A stretch of 64,000 nt of DNA from Candidatus Fervidifonticultor sextus (GTDB lineage: Bacteria; Sysuimicrobiota; Sysuimicrobiia; Sysuimicrobiales; Humicultoraceae), in contig JAVKHQ010000012.1 of the NCBI GenBank assembly GCA_031459875.1, positions 1-64,000 of the forward strand, given 5' to 3'. A model generated the notes under the pieces. It saw only the letters and a list, made by a program, of their open reading frames with translations. It ran no database searches and was not told where the DNA came from. The stretch's first letter is position 1. Each line of letters starts with the position of its first letter. The position numbers and the translations under genes are program-made. Below, piece after piece: positions 54,267 to 64,000 of the stretch.

Positions 54267-56233
54267 GCGAGTCGGTGCCGGCCCAGGTTCGGACCGATCC
54301 CGCCAGCCTGCAGATGCGGGAGCGGGCGAAGGCCCAGGGCATCGGGACCATCTGGGACCGCTACAGCGCCCTGGGCTCCCAATGCCGCGTGGGGGAACTG
54401 GGGATCTGCTGCACGATCTGCCATCTGGGGCCGTGTAATCTGGGCCTGCCAGGGAGCCGGCGGCCGCAGGTGGGGGTGTGCGGGGCCACCCTCGATACCG
54501 TGGCGGCCCGCCGCCTGGCCCGCGACATGGCCGCCGGGTCAGCCGCCCACTCCGACCACGGCCGGTCGGTGGCGCACCTCCTCCTGATGGCGGCCCGGGG
54601 CCAGGCCCCGGGGTATGGCATCAAGGATGAGCGCAAGCTGCGGACGCTGGCGGCCGAACTGGGCGTGGCCGCCGACGGCCGCACGGCGGCCGAGGTCGCC
54701 GAGGGCGTCGCGCAAGCCTGCCTTGAGCAGTTCGGCCAGCAGGACGGCGAGTTGCCCTTCACCCGCCGCGCCCCCGCCAGGCAGCAGGAGACCTGGCGCC
54801 GACTCGGGATCGCCCCGCGCGGCATCGACCGCGAGATCGTGGACGTGATGCACCGCACCAACATGGGCGTGGACAACGACTACCGGAGCATCATCCTGGC
54901 CGGTATCCGCAGCGCGCTGGCCGACGGGTGGGGCGGTTCGATGATCGCCACCGACCTGCAAGACGTTCTCTTCGGGACGCCCCGGCCGATCCGGGCGCGG
55001 ATGAACCTGGGCGTGCTGGCCGCCGACCAGGTGAACATTCTGGTGCACGGGCACGAGCCGATGCTGGCCGAGGCCATCGTGGACGCGGCGGCCGATCCCG
55101 CGCTGCTGGCCCAGGCGAAGGCAGTGGGCGCCTCCGGCATCAACGTCGCCGGCATCTGCTGCACCGCCAACGAGGTGCTGATGCGCCGCGGCATCCCCAT
55201 CGCCGGCAACTTCCTCCAGCAGGAACTGGCGATGATCACCGGGGCCGTGGACGCGTTCCTGGTGGACGTCCAGTGCATCATGCCGGGGCTGGTGGAGGTC
55301 GCCTCCTGCTTCCACACCGAGATCATCGCCACGTCCGCCAAGGCGCGGATCCCCGGCACCGTCCAGATCGAATTCTCCGAGGACCGCGCACCGGAGGCCG
55401 CCCGCGAGATCGTGGCCCGGGCGGTGGCCAATTTCACGCGGCGGGACCCCACCCGCGTGGTCATCCCCGACCACCGGATGGATGTGGTGGCCGGGTTCTC
55501 CACCGAATCGATCGCTCCGATCCTGGGCGGCACCTTCCGCGGCGGCTGGCGGCCGCTCAACGACGGCATCATGGCCGGCCGCATCCGGGGCGTGGTCGGC
55601 GTGGTCGGGTGTGATTCTCCCAAGCAGGTCCAGGATCAGGGCCATCTGGACCTGGTCTACGAGTTGCTGCGCCACGACGTCCTGGTGGTGCAGACCGGCT
55701 GCTCGGCCATCGCCTGCGGCAAGGCCGGATTGCTGCAGCCGGAGGCCGCCTTCCGGCACGCGGGGCGGGGCCTGCAGGAGATCTGCGAGGCGGTCGGCAT
55801 CCCGCCGGTGCTGCACACGGGCTCGTGCGTGGACAACAGCCGGATCCTGACCGCCTGCATCGAGATGGTGAAGGAAGGCGGGGTGGGCCGCTCCTTCGAC
55901 GAACTGCCGGTGGCGGCCGCGGCGCCCGGGTGGTGGTCGGAGAAGGCCATCGCCATCGGCTTCTACGCCGTGGCCTCGGGGATCCTGACGGTACTGGGGT
56001 CGCCGCTCAACATCCTGGGCAGCGAGGCCGTCACCCGCTACGTCACCGAGGAACTGGAGGGCGCGACCGGCGGCCGGTTCGCCTTCGAGTCCGATCCCGT
56101 CAAGGCAGCGGCGCTCATCGTCGCGCACCTGGACCGCAAGCGCGAGGCCCTCAAGCTGCGCCCGATGCTGTACGCGGTCATGCCGGCCCGCGAGCCCGTG
56201 GGGGTCGGTCCCGCAGGCGCGCGGGCGCCGTAA
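54263..56233 (+). CDS. cooS: Anaerobic Ni-Fe carbon monoxide dehydrogenase catalytic subunit (AcsA)
   Basis: CCTICHLGPC, HSDH, HGHEP, GICCTANE, DVQC, TGC, GSCVDNSR, SEKA. Confidence 0.96.
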   Translation: MSESVPAQVRTDPASLQMRERAKAQGIGTIWDRYSALGSQCRVGELGICCTICHLGPCNLGLPGSRRPQVGVCGATLDTVAARRLARDMAAGSAAHSDHGRSVAHLLLMAARGQAPGYGIKDERKLRTLAAELGVAADGRTAAEVAEGVAQACLEQFGQQDGELPFTRRAPARQQETWRRLGIAPRGIDREIVDVMHRTNMGVDNDYRSIILAGIRSALADGWGGSMIATDLQDVLFGTPRPIRARMNLGVLAADQVNILVHGHEPMLAEAIVDAAADPALLAQAKAVGASGINVAGICCTANEVLMRRGIPIAGNFLQQELAMITGAVDAFLVDVQCIMPGLVEVASCFHTEIIATSAKARIPGTVQIEFSEDRAPEAAREIVARAVANFTRRDPTRVVIPDHRMDVVAGFSTESIAPILGGTFRGGWRPLNDGIMAGRIRGVVGVVGCDSPKQVQDQGHLDLVYELLRHDVLVVQTGCSAIACGKAGLLQPEAAFRHAGRGLQEICEAVGIPPVLHTGSCVDNSRILTACIEMVKEGGVGRSFDELPVAAAAPGWWSEKAIAIGFYAVASGILTVLGSPLNILGSEAVTRYVTEELEGATGGRFAFESDPVKAAALIVAHLDRKREALKLRPMLYAVMPAREPVGVGPAGARAP

Positions 56234-56254
56234 GGACGGCAGGAGGTATCGGCC

Positions 56255-58441
56255 ATGTCGCGCATCATCGCCACCGCCGCGATCCGAGGGGCGCACAAGT
56301 ACGTGGCGGAGGCGGAGGCCGCGCTTGCCCGGGCCATAGACGCCAGAGGCGGGGCGGCGAAGCTGGAATTCCCCAACACCGCCTTCTACCTGCCGCTGAT
56401 CTACGCGCTCACCGGCGTCAAGGTGAAGACGCTGCAGGACGCCTGGGAGCCGCTGCGGATCGCGCGCAACCTGCTGCCGCCGGTGCCTACCGACCGGTTG
56501 TGGCTGCCCTACCTGGGCGACGCGCTGGACGCGGGGGTCGCGACCCTGATCGCCGAGGAGATCATCGAGGCCATCAGGTACGCCACCGACGGGCCGCCCG
56601 GCGGCATCTGGCTGGGGTTCACCGACGACGCCATCCTCCGCACCCAGGGGATCAAGCTGGTGGACGGCCGGATGCCGGGGTTCGCCGCGTGCGTGGGCGC
56701 CATGCCCACGGTGGACGCCGCCGTGCGCCTGGCGCGGGAACTGCAGGAGCGGAACGTCCTGGTGTTCCTGTCCAGCCACACCAACGGCACCAGCATGGCC
56801 GAGCAACTGGCCGACGCCGGGGTCGAGATGAGCTGGGACACCTACCTGGTCCCCTACGGCAAGGACACCAGCGCGACCGTGCACGCCCTCAACTTCGCGG
56901 CCCGCGCCGCCATGACGTTCGGCGGGCTCGTCCCGGGGGATCTGGCCCGGGCGCGGGAGATCCTGCTGTACAACAAGGCCCGGGTCCATGCCTTCGTCCT
57001 GGCCCTGGGGGAGGTGGACGACGAGAAGTACGCCACGGCCGCCGGCGCCATTAACTTCGGCTTCCCGGTCATCGCCGACACCGACATCCCGCAGATCCTG
57101 CCCACCGGGATCTGCACCTACGAGCACGTGGTCAGCCGGGTGCCCCACGACCAACTGGTCGCCAAGGCCATCGAGGTCCGGGGCCTGCGGCTTAGGATCA
57201 CCAAGATCCCCATCCCGGTCTCCTACAGCGCCGCCTTCGAGGGCGAGCGCGTCCGCAAGGAGCAGCTCCACGTCGAGTTCGGCCGGCAACTGGCGCCGGC
57301 CTTTGAGTACCTGCGCGGCCGGGACATGCACGAGGTCGAGGACGGCAAGATCGAGGTCATCGGGCCCGACCTCGACACCGCCGAGGTCGGGGGGCACATG
57401 CCGCTGGGCATCCTCGTCGAGGTGGCCGGCCGAAAGCTCCAGAAGGACTTCGAGCCCATCCTGGAGCGCCAGGTCCACCGCTTCCTCAACGGGGCCATGG
57501 GGGTCATGCACATCGGCCAGCGCGACATCCCCTGGATCCGGATCAGCCGGGAGGCCGTGGCTGCCGGATTCCGGTTGCGGCACTTCGGGGATATCCTCCA
57601 CGCCAAGTACCACGAGGAGTACCCGGCGCTGGTGGACAAGGTGCAGGTCACGATCTACACCGAGGCCGAGAGGATCCTGGAGATCCTGGAGGAGGCCCGC
57701 AAGGTCTGGGACGAGCGCGACGCGCGGGTCGCCGGGATGACCGACGAGACGGTGGATGTCTACTACTCGTGCACGCTGTGCCAGTCCTACGCGCCCAACC
57801 ACGTCTGCATCATCACCCCCGAGCGGCTCGGCCTCTGCGGCGCCTACAACTGGCTGGACGGCAAGGCCTCCTACGAGATCAATCCGGCCGGCCCCAACCA
57901 GCCGGTGGAGAAGGGCGCCTGCCTGGACGCCACCCTGGGGATGTACGAGGGGATCAACAGGTTCGTCTACGCCAAGTCCAACAAGACGGTGGAGCAGGTC
58001 AGCCTCTACTCCATGATCCAGCACCCGATGACCTCGTGCGGGTGCTTCGAGTGCATCATGGCCCTGGTCCCTGAGGCCAACGGCGTCATGGTGGTCAACC
58101 GCGAGTACACCGGGATGACCCCGGTGGGCATGACCTTCAGCACCCTGGCCGGGATGGTCGGCGGGGGGATCCAGACGCCGGGCTTCCTGGGCGTGGGACG
58201 CCTCTACCTGACGAGCCGGAAGTTCATCCCGGCCGAAGGCGGCCTGCCCCGGCTGGTGTGGATGCCCAGGGAATTGAAAGAGGCCCTGGCCGATCGCCTG
58301 CGCGCCCGCGCCAGAGAACTGGGGGACGAGACGCTGGTGGACAAGATCGCCGACGAGACGGTGGCGACCACCGCCGAGGAGCTCGTGGCCTTCCTGGAGC
58401 GCGTGGGGCACCCGGCGCTGCGGATGCCGGCCCTCATCTGA
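56255..58441 (+). CDS. acsB: Acetyl-CoA synthase (bacterial long form)
   Basis: FPNTAFYLP; SCTLCQSYAPNHVC..LGLCG; TSCGCFEC. Confidence 0.97.
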   Translation: MSRIIATAAIRGAHKYVAEAEAALARAIDARGGAAKLEFPNTAFYLPLIYALTGVKVKTLQDAWEPLRIARNLLPPVPTDRLWLPYLGDALDAGVATLIAEEIIEAIRYATDGPPGGIWLGFTDDAILRTQGIKLVDGRMPGFAACVGAMPTVDAAVRLARELQERNVLVFLSSHTNGTSMAEQLADAGVEMSWDTYLVPYGKDTSATVHALNFAARAAMTFGGLVPGDLARAREILLYNKARVHAFVLALGEVDDEKYATAAGAINFGFPVIADTDIPQILPTGICTYEHVVSRVPHDQLVAKAIEVRGLRLRITKIPIPVSYSAAFEGERVRKEQLHVEFGRQLAPAFEYLRGRDMHEVEDGKIEVIGPDLDTAEVGGHMPLGILVEVAGRKLQKDFEPILERQVHRFLNGAMGVMHIGQRDIPWIRISREAVAAGFRLRHFGDILHAKYHEEYPALVDKVQVTIYTEAERILEILEEARKVWDERDARVAGMTDETVDVYYSCTLCQSYAPNHVCIITPERLGLCGAYNWLDGKASYEINPAGPNQPVEKGACLDATLGMYEGINRFVYAKSNKTVEQVSLYSMIQHPMTSCGCFECIMALVPEANGVMVVNREYTGMTPVGMTFSTLAGMVGGGIQTPGFLGVGRLYLTSRKFIPAEGGLPRLVWMPRELKEALADRLRARARELGDETLVDKIADETVATTAEELVAFLERVGHPALRMPALI

Positions 58442-58457
58442 AGACGGGAGGCGCCCG

Positions 58458-59813
58458 ATGCCGCTGACCGCCCTGGACATCTACAAGCTCCTGCCTAAGA
58501 CCAACTGCGGGGAGTGTGGTTTCCCCACCTGCCTGGCCTTTGCCATGCAGCTCGCCACTAAGAAGGCCAGCCTGGAGGCCTGCCCGTATGCCAGCGACGA
58601 CGCCAAGGCGACGCTGGCCGGGGCCGCCATGCCGCCCATCCGCTTGGTCACCATCGGCCCTGAGGAGCAGTGCATCGTGATGGGCAAGGAGACCGTGCTC
58701 TTCCGCCACGAGGAGACCTTCTACCATCCAACCCCGATCGCGGTGCGCGTCCCCTCCGATCGCTCCCGGGAAGACCTGCGGGGCGCCTTCGAGCGGATTC
58801 GCGCCCTGCAGTTCGAGCGCGTGGGTCAGATGCTGCGGGTGGAGCTGGTGGCCCTCCACGACCGGACCCGGGACGTCGGGCATTTTGTCGCCGCCGCACG
58901 CGAGGCGGACGAGATGGGGCTGGCTCTGGTGCTGATGAGCGAGGACCCCTCTGTGCTGCAGACCGCCGCGGAGGCGCTGGGTGGGCGCCGCCCCCTGCTC
59001 TACGCGGCCACCGCCGACACCTGGGAGGCCATGGCGCAGGTGGCCAGGGCCCACCGGTGCCCGCTGGCGGTTAGGGGCCACAACCTGGACGAGCTGGCGG
59101 ATCTTGCGGCCCGCATTGCCGCCTTGGGGGTGACCGATCTGGTGATCGACAGCGGCGCGCGCAGCCACGCCCGGGCGCTCCAGGACCTGACCCAGATCCG
59201 CCGGCTGGCGCTGCGCAAGACCTTCCGGCCGCTGGGCTACCCGGCGATGGCCTTCGTGACCGCGTCCGACCCCCTGGACGTGGTCATGGAGGGGACGGCG
59301 TACATCGCCAAGTACGCGGCGCTGCTGGTGACGGACGAGCTGGAACCCTGGCAGGCGCTGGCGCTGCTCACCGCGCGCCAGAACATCTACACCGATCCGC
59401 AGAAGCCGATCCAGGTCGAGCCCGGCATTCACACGGTGGGTGCGCCCGACGAGACCTCCCCGGTCCTGGTGACCACCAACTTCTCGCTGACCTACTTCAC
59501 GGTGGAGGCCGACACGGAGGCCAGCCGGACCCCGGCCTGGATCGTCGTGGTGAATACGGAAGGTCAGTCGGTCATGACCGCGTGGGCCGCCGACAAGTTC
59601 AACGCCGAGACGATCGCCAGGGCGATCGCCGAGTCCGGGATCGCCGAGCGGGTCAGACACCGCTGTGCGGTCATCCCGGGCGGCGTGGCCGCCATCAGCG
59701 GCAAACTCGAAGAACTCAGCGGCTGGCAGATCATGGTGGGCCCGCGGGAGTCGGCGGGCATTCCCGCCTTCATGCGGACCCGGTGGAAACAGGTCGCCTC
59801 GGCGACCGTCTGA
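58458..59813 (+). CDS. acsC: Corrinoid Fe-S protein large subunit
   Basis: LPKTNCGECGFPTCLAFA..CP; FRHE; IYTDPQKP; TTNFSLT. Confidence 0.97.
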   Translation: MPLTALDIYKLLPKTNCGECGFPTCLAFAMQLATKKASLEACPYASDDAKATLAGAAMPPIRLVTIGPEEQCIVMGKETVLFRHEETFYHPTPIAVRVPSDRSREDLRGAFERIRALQFERVGQMLRVELVALHDRTRDVGHFVAAAREADEMGLALVLMSEDPSVLQTAAEALGGRRPLLYAATADTWEAMAQVARAHRCPLAVRGHNLDELADLAARIAALGVTDLVIDSGARSHARALQDLTQIRRLALRKTFRPLGYPAMAFVTASDPLDVVMEGTAYIAKYAALLVTDELEPWQALALLTARQNIYTDPQKPIQVEPGIHTVGAPDETSPVLVTTNFSLTYFTVEADTEASRTPAWIVVVNTEGQSVMTAWAADKFNAETIARAIAESGIAERVRHRCAVIPGGVAAISGKLEELSGWQIMVGPRESAGIPAFMRTRWKQVASATV

Positions 59814-59826
59814 GGGGGGAGGGGTG

Positions 59827-61746
59827 GTGACCGCCAGGGTCACGTTCCAGCCGGACGGCCGCACGGTCGCCGTGGAGGTCGGCCAGACGCTGCTGGATGC
59901 GGCGCTGGCTGCCGGCGTGCCCCTCAACAGCGTCTGCGGGGGCCGCGGCATCTGCCAGCGGTGCCGGGTCGTGGTGCGCGACGACGGCGTGGAGGTCGAC
60001 GAGTCGGGGCGGCTGCCGGGCGGGGAGGAGGTCCTGGCGTGCCTGAGCCGCGTCGTGGGGGATCTGGCCGTGGAGGTTCCGGTCACCTCCCGCGTCGAGG
60101 GGGACCAGATCCTGCTGGGCACCGAACGGTGGGCCGGCCCGTTCCTGCCGATGCCGGAAGAGGCCGTCGCCACGCTGCCGCGTGCGGCGGGCCTGTTCGT
60201 CCCCAGCCCGCTGGCGTTTGCCCTCCCTCTGGAACTCCCGCCCCCGACCCTCCACGACTGCGCCAGCGACCTGCAGCGCCTGCTGCGGGAACTCCGCCGG
60301 CAGCGCAACATCCAGGAGGTTCGCATCCCCCAGGAGGTCCTGCGGCGTCTTCCCAGGATCCTGCGGGAGGCCGGGTGGGCGGTGACCGCGATCCTGACCC
60401 GGGTGAACATGGGGTACGAACTGGCCGACCTCCTGCCCGGGGCGCGCGGCGCCCGGGCCTTCGGGGTGGCCGTGGATGTCGGCACCACCACCGTCGTCGT
60501 GCACCTGGTGGACCTCGAGCGCGGAGCCACCCTCGGTGCGGCGGCCGCCCTCAACCGACAGATCGCGTGGGGGGACGATGTCATCTCCCGCATCATCCAC
60601 GCCGGCGAACCCGGGGGGCTGGAGCGGCTGCACACCGCGGCGCTGGAGACGGTCAACCTCCTGATCGGCGGGCTGGCGCGCACCCACCGGGTGGCCCGCG
60701 ACGAGATCATCGGCGCGGTCTGTGCCGGCAACACCACGATGCTCCACCTGTTCCTGGGACTGCCGCCCGACGAGATCCGCCGGGAGCCCTACATCCCGGT
60801 GGCGACGGCCCCTCCCAGCGCCCACGCGGGCGAGGTGGGCCTGCGCATCCACCCACGGGCCCTGGTGGCTGTCATGCCGGGCGTCAGCAGTTACGTGGGC
60901 GGCGACATCACCGCCGATGTGCTGGCCGCCGGCATGGACCGCACCGACGAACTGTCCATGCTCATCGACGTCGGGACCAACGGCGAGACCGTCATCGGCA
61001 ACCGGGAGTTCCTGGTCTGCTGCGCCTGCTCGGCCGGGCCGGCGTTCGAAGGGGGCGGCATCACCTGGGGGATGCGTGCGGCCAAAGGCGCCATCCAGCG
61101 GGTCGAGGTCACGCCGGAGGGGACCTTCAGGTGGACGACCATCGGCGGGACCAGGCCCCGGGGGATCTGCGGATCGGGCCTGGTGGACCTGCTGGCCGAG
61201 TTGCTGCGGGCGGGCTTCATGGATCGGGCGGGGCGGCTGCGGCCGGACGCGCCGGCAGTCCGCCAGGGGCCCGACGGGTTGGAGGTTGTCGTCGTGCCTG
61301 CGTCTGAGTCGGGCGCCGCGCGGGACATCGTGCTGACCGCCGCCGACATCGAGAACCTGCTCCGTGCCAAAGCGGCCGTCTACGCCGGGGCCTCGGTGCT
61401 GGCCAGACGCCTGGGGATCGAGATCCAACAGATCCAGCGCATCTACGTGGCGGGCGGCTTCGGGACCTTCCTGGACATCCGCAAGGCCATCCTGATCGGC
61501 CTGCTGCCCGATGTCCCGCCCGAGCGGGTGATCTTCATCGGCAACGGTTCCGTGGTCGGCGCCAAGATGGCGCTGCTCTCCTACGAGGTCTGGCGCCGGG
61601 CGGCCGAGGTGGCCCAGACGATGACCTACCGCGAGCTCAGCACGGATGCCGCCTTCATGGAGGAGTACGTGTCGGCCACGTTTCTGCCACACACGGACTG
61701 TGCCCGGTTCCCGCGGGTCTGCGCGGAACTGGGGATGCAGGCCTGA
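59827..61746 (+). CDS. Reductive activator of corrinoid proteins (RACo/AcsV, ASKHA ATPase with 2Fe-2S)
   Basis: CGGRGICQRC..C; DVGTTT; GNTTM; DVGTNGE; AGPAFEG; GICGSG. Confidence 0.93.
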   Translation: MTARVTFQPDGRTVAVEVGQTLLDAALAAGVPLNSVCGGRGICQRCRVVVRDDGVEVDESGRLPGGEEVLACLSRVVGDLAVEVPVTSRVEGDQILLGTERWAGPFLPMPEEAVATLPRAAGLFVPSPLAFALPLELPPPTLHDCASDLQRLLRELRRQRNIQEVRIPQEVLRRLPRILREAGWAVTAILTRVNMGYELADLLPGARGARAFGVAVDVGTTTVVVHLVDLERGATLGAAAALNRQIAWGDDVISRIIHAGEPGGLERLHTAALETVNLLIGGLARTHRVARDEIIGAVCAGNTTMLHLFLGLPPDEIRREPYIPVATAPPSAHAGEVGLRIHPRALVAVMPGVSSYVGGDITADVLAAGMDRTDELSMLIDVGTNGETVIGNREFLVCCACSAGPAFEGGGITWGMRAAKGAIQRVEVTPEGTFRWTTIGGTRPRGICGSGLVDLLAELLRAGFMDRAGRLRPDAPAVRQGPDGLEVVVVPASESGAARDIVLTAADIENLLRAKAAVYAGASVLARRLGIEIQQIQRIYVAGGFGTFLDIRKAILIGLLPDVPPERVIFIGNGSVVGAKMALLSYEVWRRAAEVAQTMTYRELSTDAAFMEEYVSATFLPHTDCARFPRVCAELGMQA

Positions 61747-61761
61747 GGGGGACCGATCGGC

Positions 61762-62526
61762 ATGCCATACGTGCTGGCGGTGGCCGGCAAGGGCGGGACG
61801 GGGAAGACGACCCTGGCGGGCCTGATCGTGCGATCGTGGCTGCGGACCGGCCGCACTCCCGTCCTGGCCGTGGACGCGGACCCCAACACCAACCTCGATG
61901 TCGTCCTGGGCCTGCATCCCTCCAGGACGATCTCGGACGTCCTCGACGCCACCAAGGGGATGCGGGATGTGCCGTCCGCCATGCCCCGGACGACCTACCT
62001 CCAGTACCATCTCGAGGAGTGTCTGTGTGAAGGGCGCGGTGTGGACCTGATCGTCATGGGCCGGCCCGAGGGCCCCGGGTGCTACTGTGCGGCCAACCAC
62101 CTGCTCCGCGGGCACCTCGACCGGCTGATGGGCAGCTACCCCTACGTGGTGATGGACAACGAGGCCGGGATGGAGCACCTCTCCCGCCGGACCACCCGGG
62201 ACGTGGACCTGCTGCTCATCGTCAGCGACCCCACCCTGGCCGGACTGAAGGCGGCCAGGCGGATCCAGGGGCTGGTGGGCGAGCTCAAGCTGGCGGTCCG
62301 GGAGATCGGTCTGGTCATCAACCGGGCCGACGGGCTGCCACCCGCCGTGGAGCACAGCCTCGGGGAGGACGGCCTCCGCGTGGTGGGGACCGTGCCCGAA
62401 GACCCTCTGGTGGTGGCCTACGAACTGGAAGGCCGGCCACTGCTCGACCTTCCCGACGAGGCGCCATCCGCCCGCGCGGTCAGCGCGATCCTCTCCTCGA
62501 CACAGCCGGCGGCGGTGGGTCCATGA
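61762..62526 (+). CDS. Second CooC/AcsF Ni-insertion ATPase
   Basis: GKGGTGKT, MGRPEGPGCYC, DNEAGMEHLSR. Confidence 0.92.
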   Translation: MPYVLAVAGKGGTGKTTLAGLIVRSWLRTGRTPVLAVDADPNTNLDVVLGLHPSRTISDVLDATKGMRDVPSAMPRTTYLQYHLEECLCEGRGVDLIVMGRPEGPGCYCAANHLLRGHLDRLMGSYPYVVMDNEAGMEHLSRRTTRDVDLLLIVSDPTLAGLKAARRIQGLVGELKLAVREIGLVINRADGLPPAVEHSLGEDGLRVVGTVPEDPLVVAYELEGRPLLDLPDEAPSARAVSAILSSTQPAAVGP

Positions 62527-63128
62527 GCGTCTACCTGAGCACCTACGACGGCCTGCGCGCGCGGCTCGGCTCGCAGGACCTGGACCGCCTGGCGGCGCGC
62601 AGCGGCGCCAGGCGGCTGAGCGAGGACCGGCTCGGGCTTCGGTGTGCCGGACGCGAGTACGTCGTCCATCTCCCCGACGGCACGGTGCTCCAGGCCGACG
62701 GTGGCGCGGCCGAGGTGGAGGTGGCCATCCTCCTGCTCCTGTATCTGCTGGAGGCGACCGGCCGGGCCCTGGAGGGTCGGTGGATCTCGTTCGAGCAGCT
62801 CCCCGGGGGCCCGGGCTACCTGGCGTCGTTCCGCGGCCGGGTCGTGGCCCCCATTCTGCAGGCGTTCGGGCAGCATCCCGAGCGGCTGCTGGAAGCGGCC
62901 CGGAGCCTGGACGGCGAGCCGATGTCGCTGGGAGACGTGGCGGTGCGCATCCCCGCGCTGCCCTGCGTCCCCATCGTCTATGTGCTCTGGCGGGGCGACG
63001 AGGAGTTTCCGCCCGGCGTCTCGGTCGTCTTCGACGCCTCGGTGGAAGGCTACCTGGACGCCGAGGTCCTGACCGCGCTGGCCGAACTGGTGACCAGGCG
63101 GCTGGTCGCCGCCACCAAGGAGGTGTAG
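62523..63128 (+). CDS. DUF3786 family protein
   Basis: WISFEQLPGG..F, LPCVPI..LWRGDEEF..FD; common in acs clusters. Confidence 0.8.
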   Translation: MSVYLSTYDGLRARLGSQDLDRLAARSGARRLSEDRLGLRCAGREYVVHLPDGTVLQADGGAAEVEVAILLLLYLLEATGRALEGRWISFEQLPGGPGYLASFRGRVVAPILQAFGQHPERLLEAARSLDGEPMSLGDVAVRIPALPCVPIVYVLWRGDEEFPPGVSVVFDASVEGYLDAEVLTALAELVTRRLVAATKEV

Positions 63129-63132
63129 GGGC

Positions 63133-64000
63133 GTGCCCGTGGAGTTGGTTCGCGAGACCTGGCCCGGCAGGATCTTCACCGTCACCATCGGGGCCACCGC
63201 CGCCGAGGGCGGCACGCGAGCCAGCACGGTCACCATCGGCGGCCATGCCGCCCTCCCGTTCCTCCCGGGGGATGCTCCTAGTCCCCACCCACCGGTGGTC
63301 GCCATGGAGGTCATGGACGCGGTGCCCCCGGACTGGCCGGAGACCCTGCGCCGGCCGCTGGCGGATGTCCTGGACTCACCGGCCGACTGGGCCCGCAAGT
63401 GCGTCGAGGAGTACGGCGCCGAGCTCATCACCCTGCGCCTGTGGAGCCCGCACCCCGACTGGAAGGACGCCTCACCGGATGCCGCAGCGGCCACGGTCCG
63501 GGCGGTCCTGGACGCCGTGTCCGTGCCGCTAGTCATCCTGGGCTGCGACCATGCCGACAAGGACAACGAGGTCTGGCCGCGCGTCACCGAGGTGGCCAGG
63601 GGCGAGCGGTGCCTGGTGGGTGTGGCGGTCCCCGAGAACTACAAGACGCTCGTCGTCGCCGCTCTGGCCGACGGGCACGCCGTCCTGGCCCAGGCGCCCA
63701 TCGACATCAACATCCAGAAGCAGCTCACCATCCTCATCACCGAGATGGGGCTCCCCCCGGATCGCATCGTCCTGCACCCCGGGACCGCGTCGCTGGGCTA
63801 CGGGCTGGAGTACGAGTACTCGATCATGGAGCGCATTCGCCTGGCCGGCCTGCAGGGCGACAGGATGCTGGCGCAGCCCATGGCGGCCATCATCGGCGAG
63901 GAGGCGTGGAAGGCCAAGGAAGCGCGGCTGACCGAGGCCGAGATGCCCGCGTGGGGGTCAGCCGAGCGCCGCGGCCCGGCGTGGGAAGCCGCGACCGCGG
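63133..64000 (+). CDS. acsD: Corrinoid Fe-S protein small subunit, partial (runs off window)
   Basis: Full frame not in ORF track. VTIGATAAEGGTR..GG..LPF; PIDINIQKQL; LGYGLEYEYSIMERIRLAGLQGD. Confidence 0.93.
   Translation, partial: MPVELVRETWPGRIFTVTIGATAAEGGTRASTVTIGGHAALPFLPGDAPSPHPPVVAMEVMDAVPPDWPETLRRPLADVLDSPADWARKCVEEYGAELITLRLWSPHPDWKDASPDAAAATVRAVLDAVSVPLVILGCDHADKDNEVWPRVTEVARGERCLVGVAVPENYKTLVVAALADGHAVLAQAPIDINIQKQLTILITEMGLPPDRIVLHPGTASLGYGLEYEYSIMERIRLAGLQGDRMLAQPMAAIIGEEAWKAKEARLTEAEMPAWGSAERRGPAWEAATA

Noticed and set aside
54539..63288. Very long minus-strand ORFs (1313 aa, 767 aa, 1172 aa)
   Set aside because: Antisense shadows of the acs genes, expected with high-GC codon bias; no recognisable motifs

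Overview
High-GC bacterial chromosome segment. The lineage looks Armatimonadota/CSP1-3-like from gene content, but that is inference only. (1) 1-2229 is the right end of an integrated element: a partial IS256-family transposase with its terminal repeat, small cargo ORFs, paired GGTTTGC repeats and a tRNA-Ala(CGC) 3' fragment marking attR. (2) 2.4-17.9 kb is housekeeping: proAB, PBP1A, yebC-ruvCAB-DUF2905-spoIID-queA, pfpI, gdh, tgt-yajC-HD. (3) 17.9-20.8 kb is a GT2 / BshB1-like deacetylase / unknown trio. (4) 20.8-53.2 kb is a respiratory region with ccm genes, two Rieske/cytochrome b complexes, two NarX/NarL-like two-component systems, a TtrA-like molybdoenzyme and multiheme cytochromes (44 CxxCH motifs counted by eye). 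(5) 53.5-64 kb is a CODH/ACS cluster (cooC-cooS-acsB-acsC-RACo-cooC-DUF3786-acsD). The top candidate novel system is an apparently asymmetric Rieske/cytochrome b complex. One cyt b keeps the Qo motif but has lost both heme bH histidines; the other keeps all four His, has a degenerate Qo motif, is fused to a 2x[4Fe-4S] ferredoxin and is followed by MvhD. Also notable are a TtrB-like subunit that has lost one Fe-S cluster and gained a C-terminal CxxCH with no NrfD anchor, and a 7-TM sensor kinase with a CxxCH in a predicted external loop. All product calls are motif recognition by eye; no database search was run.
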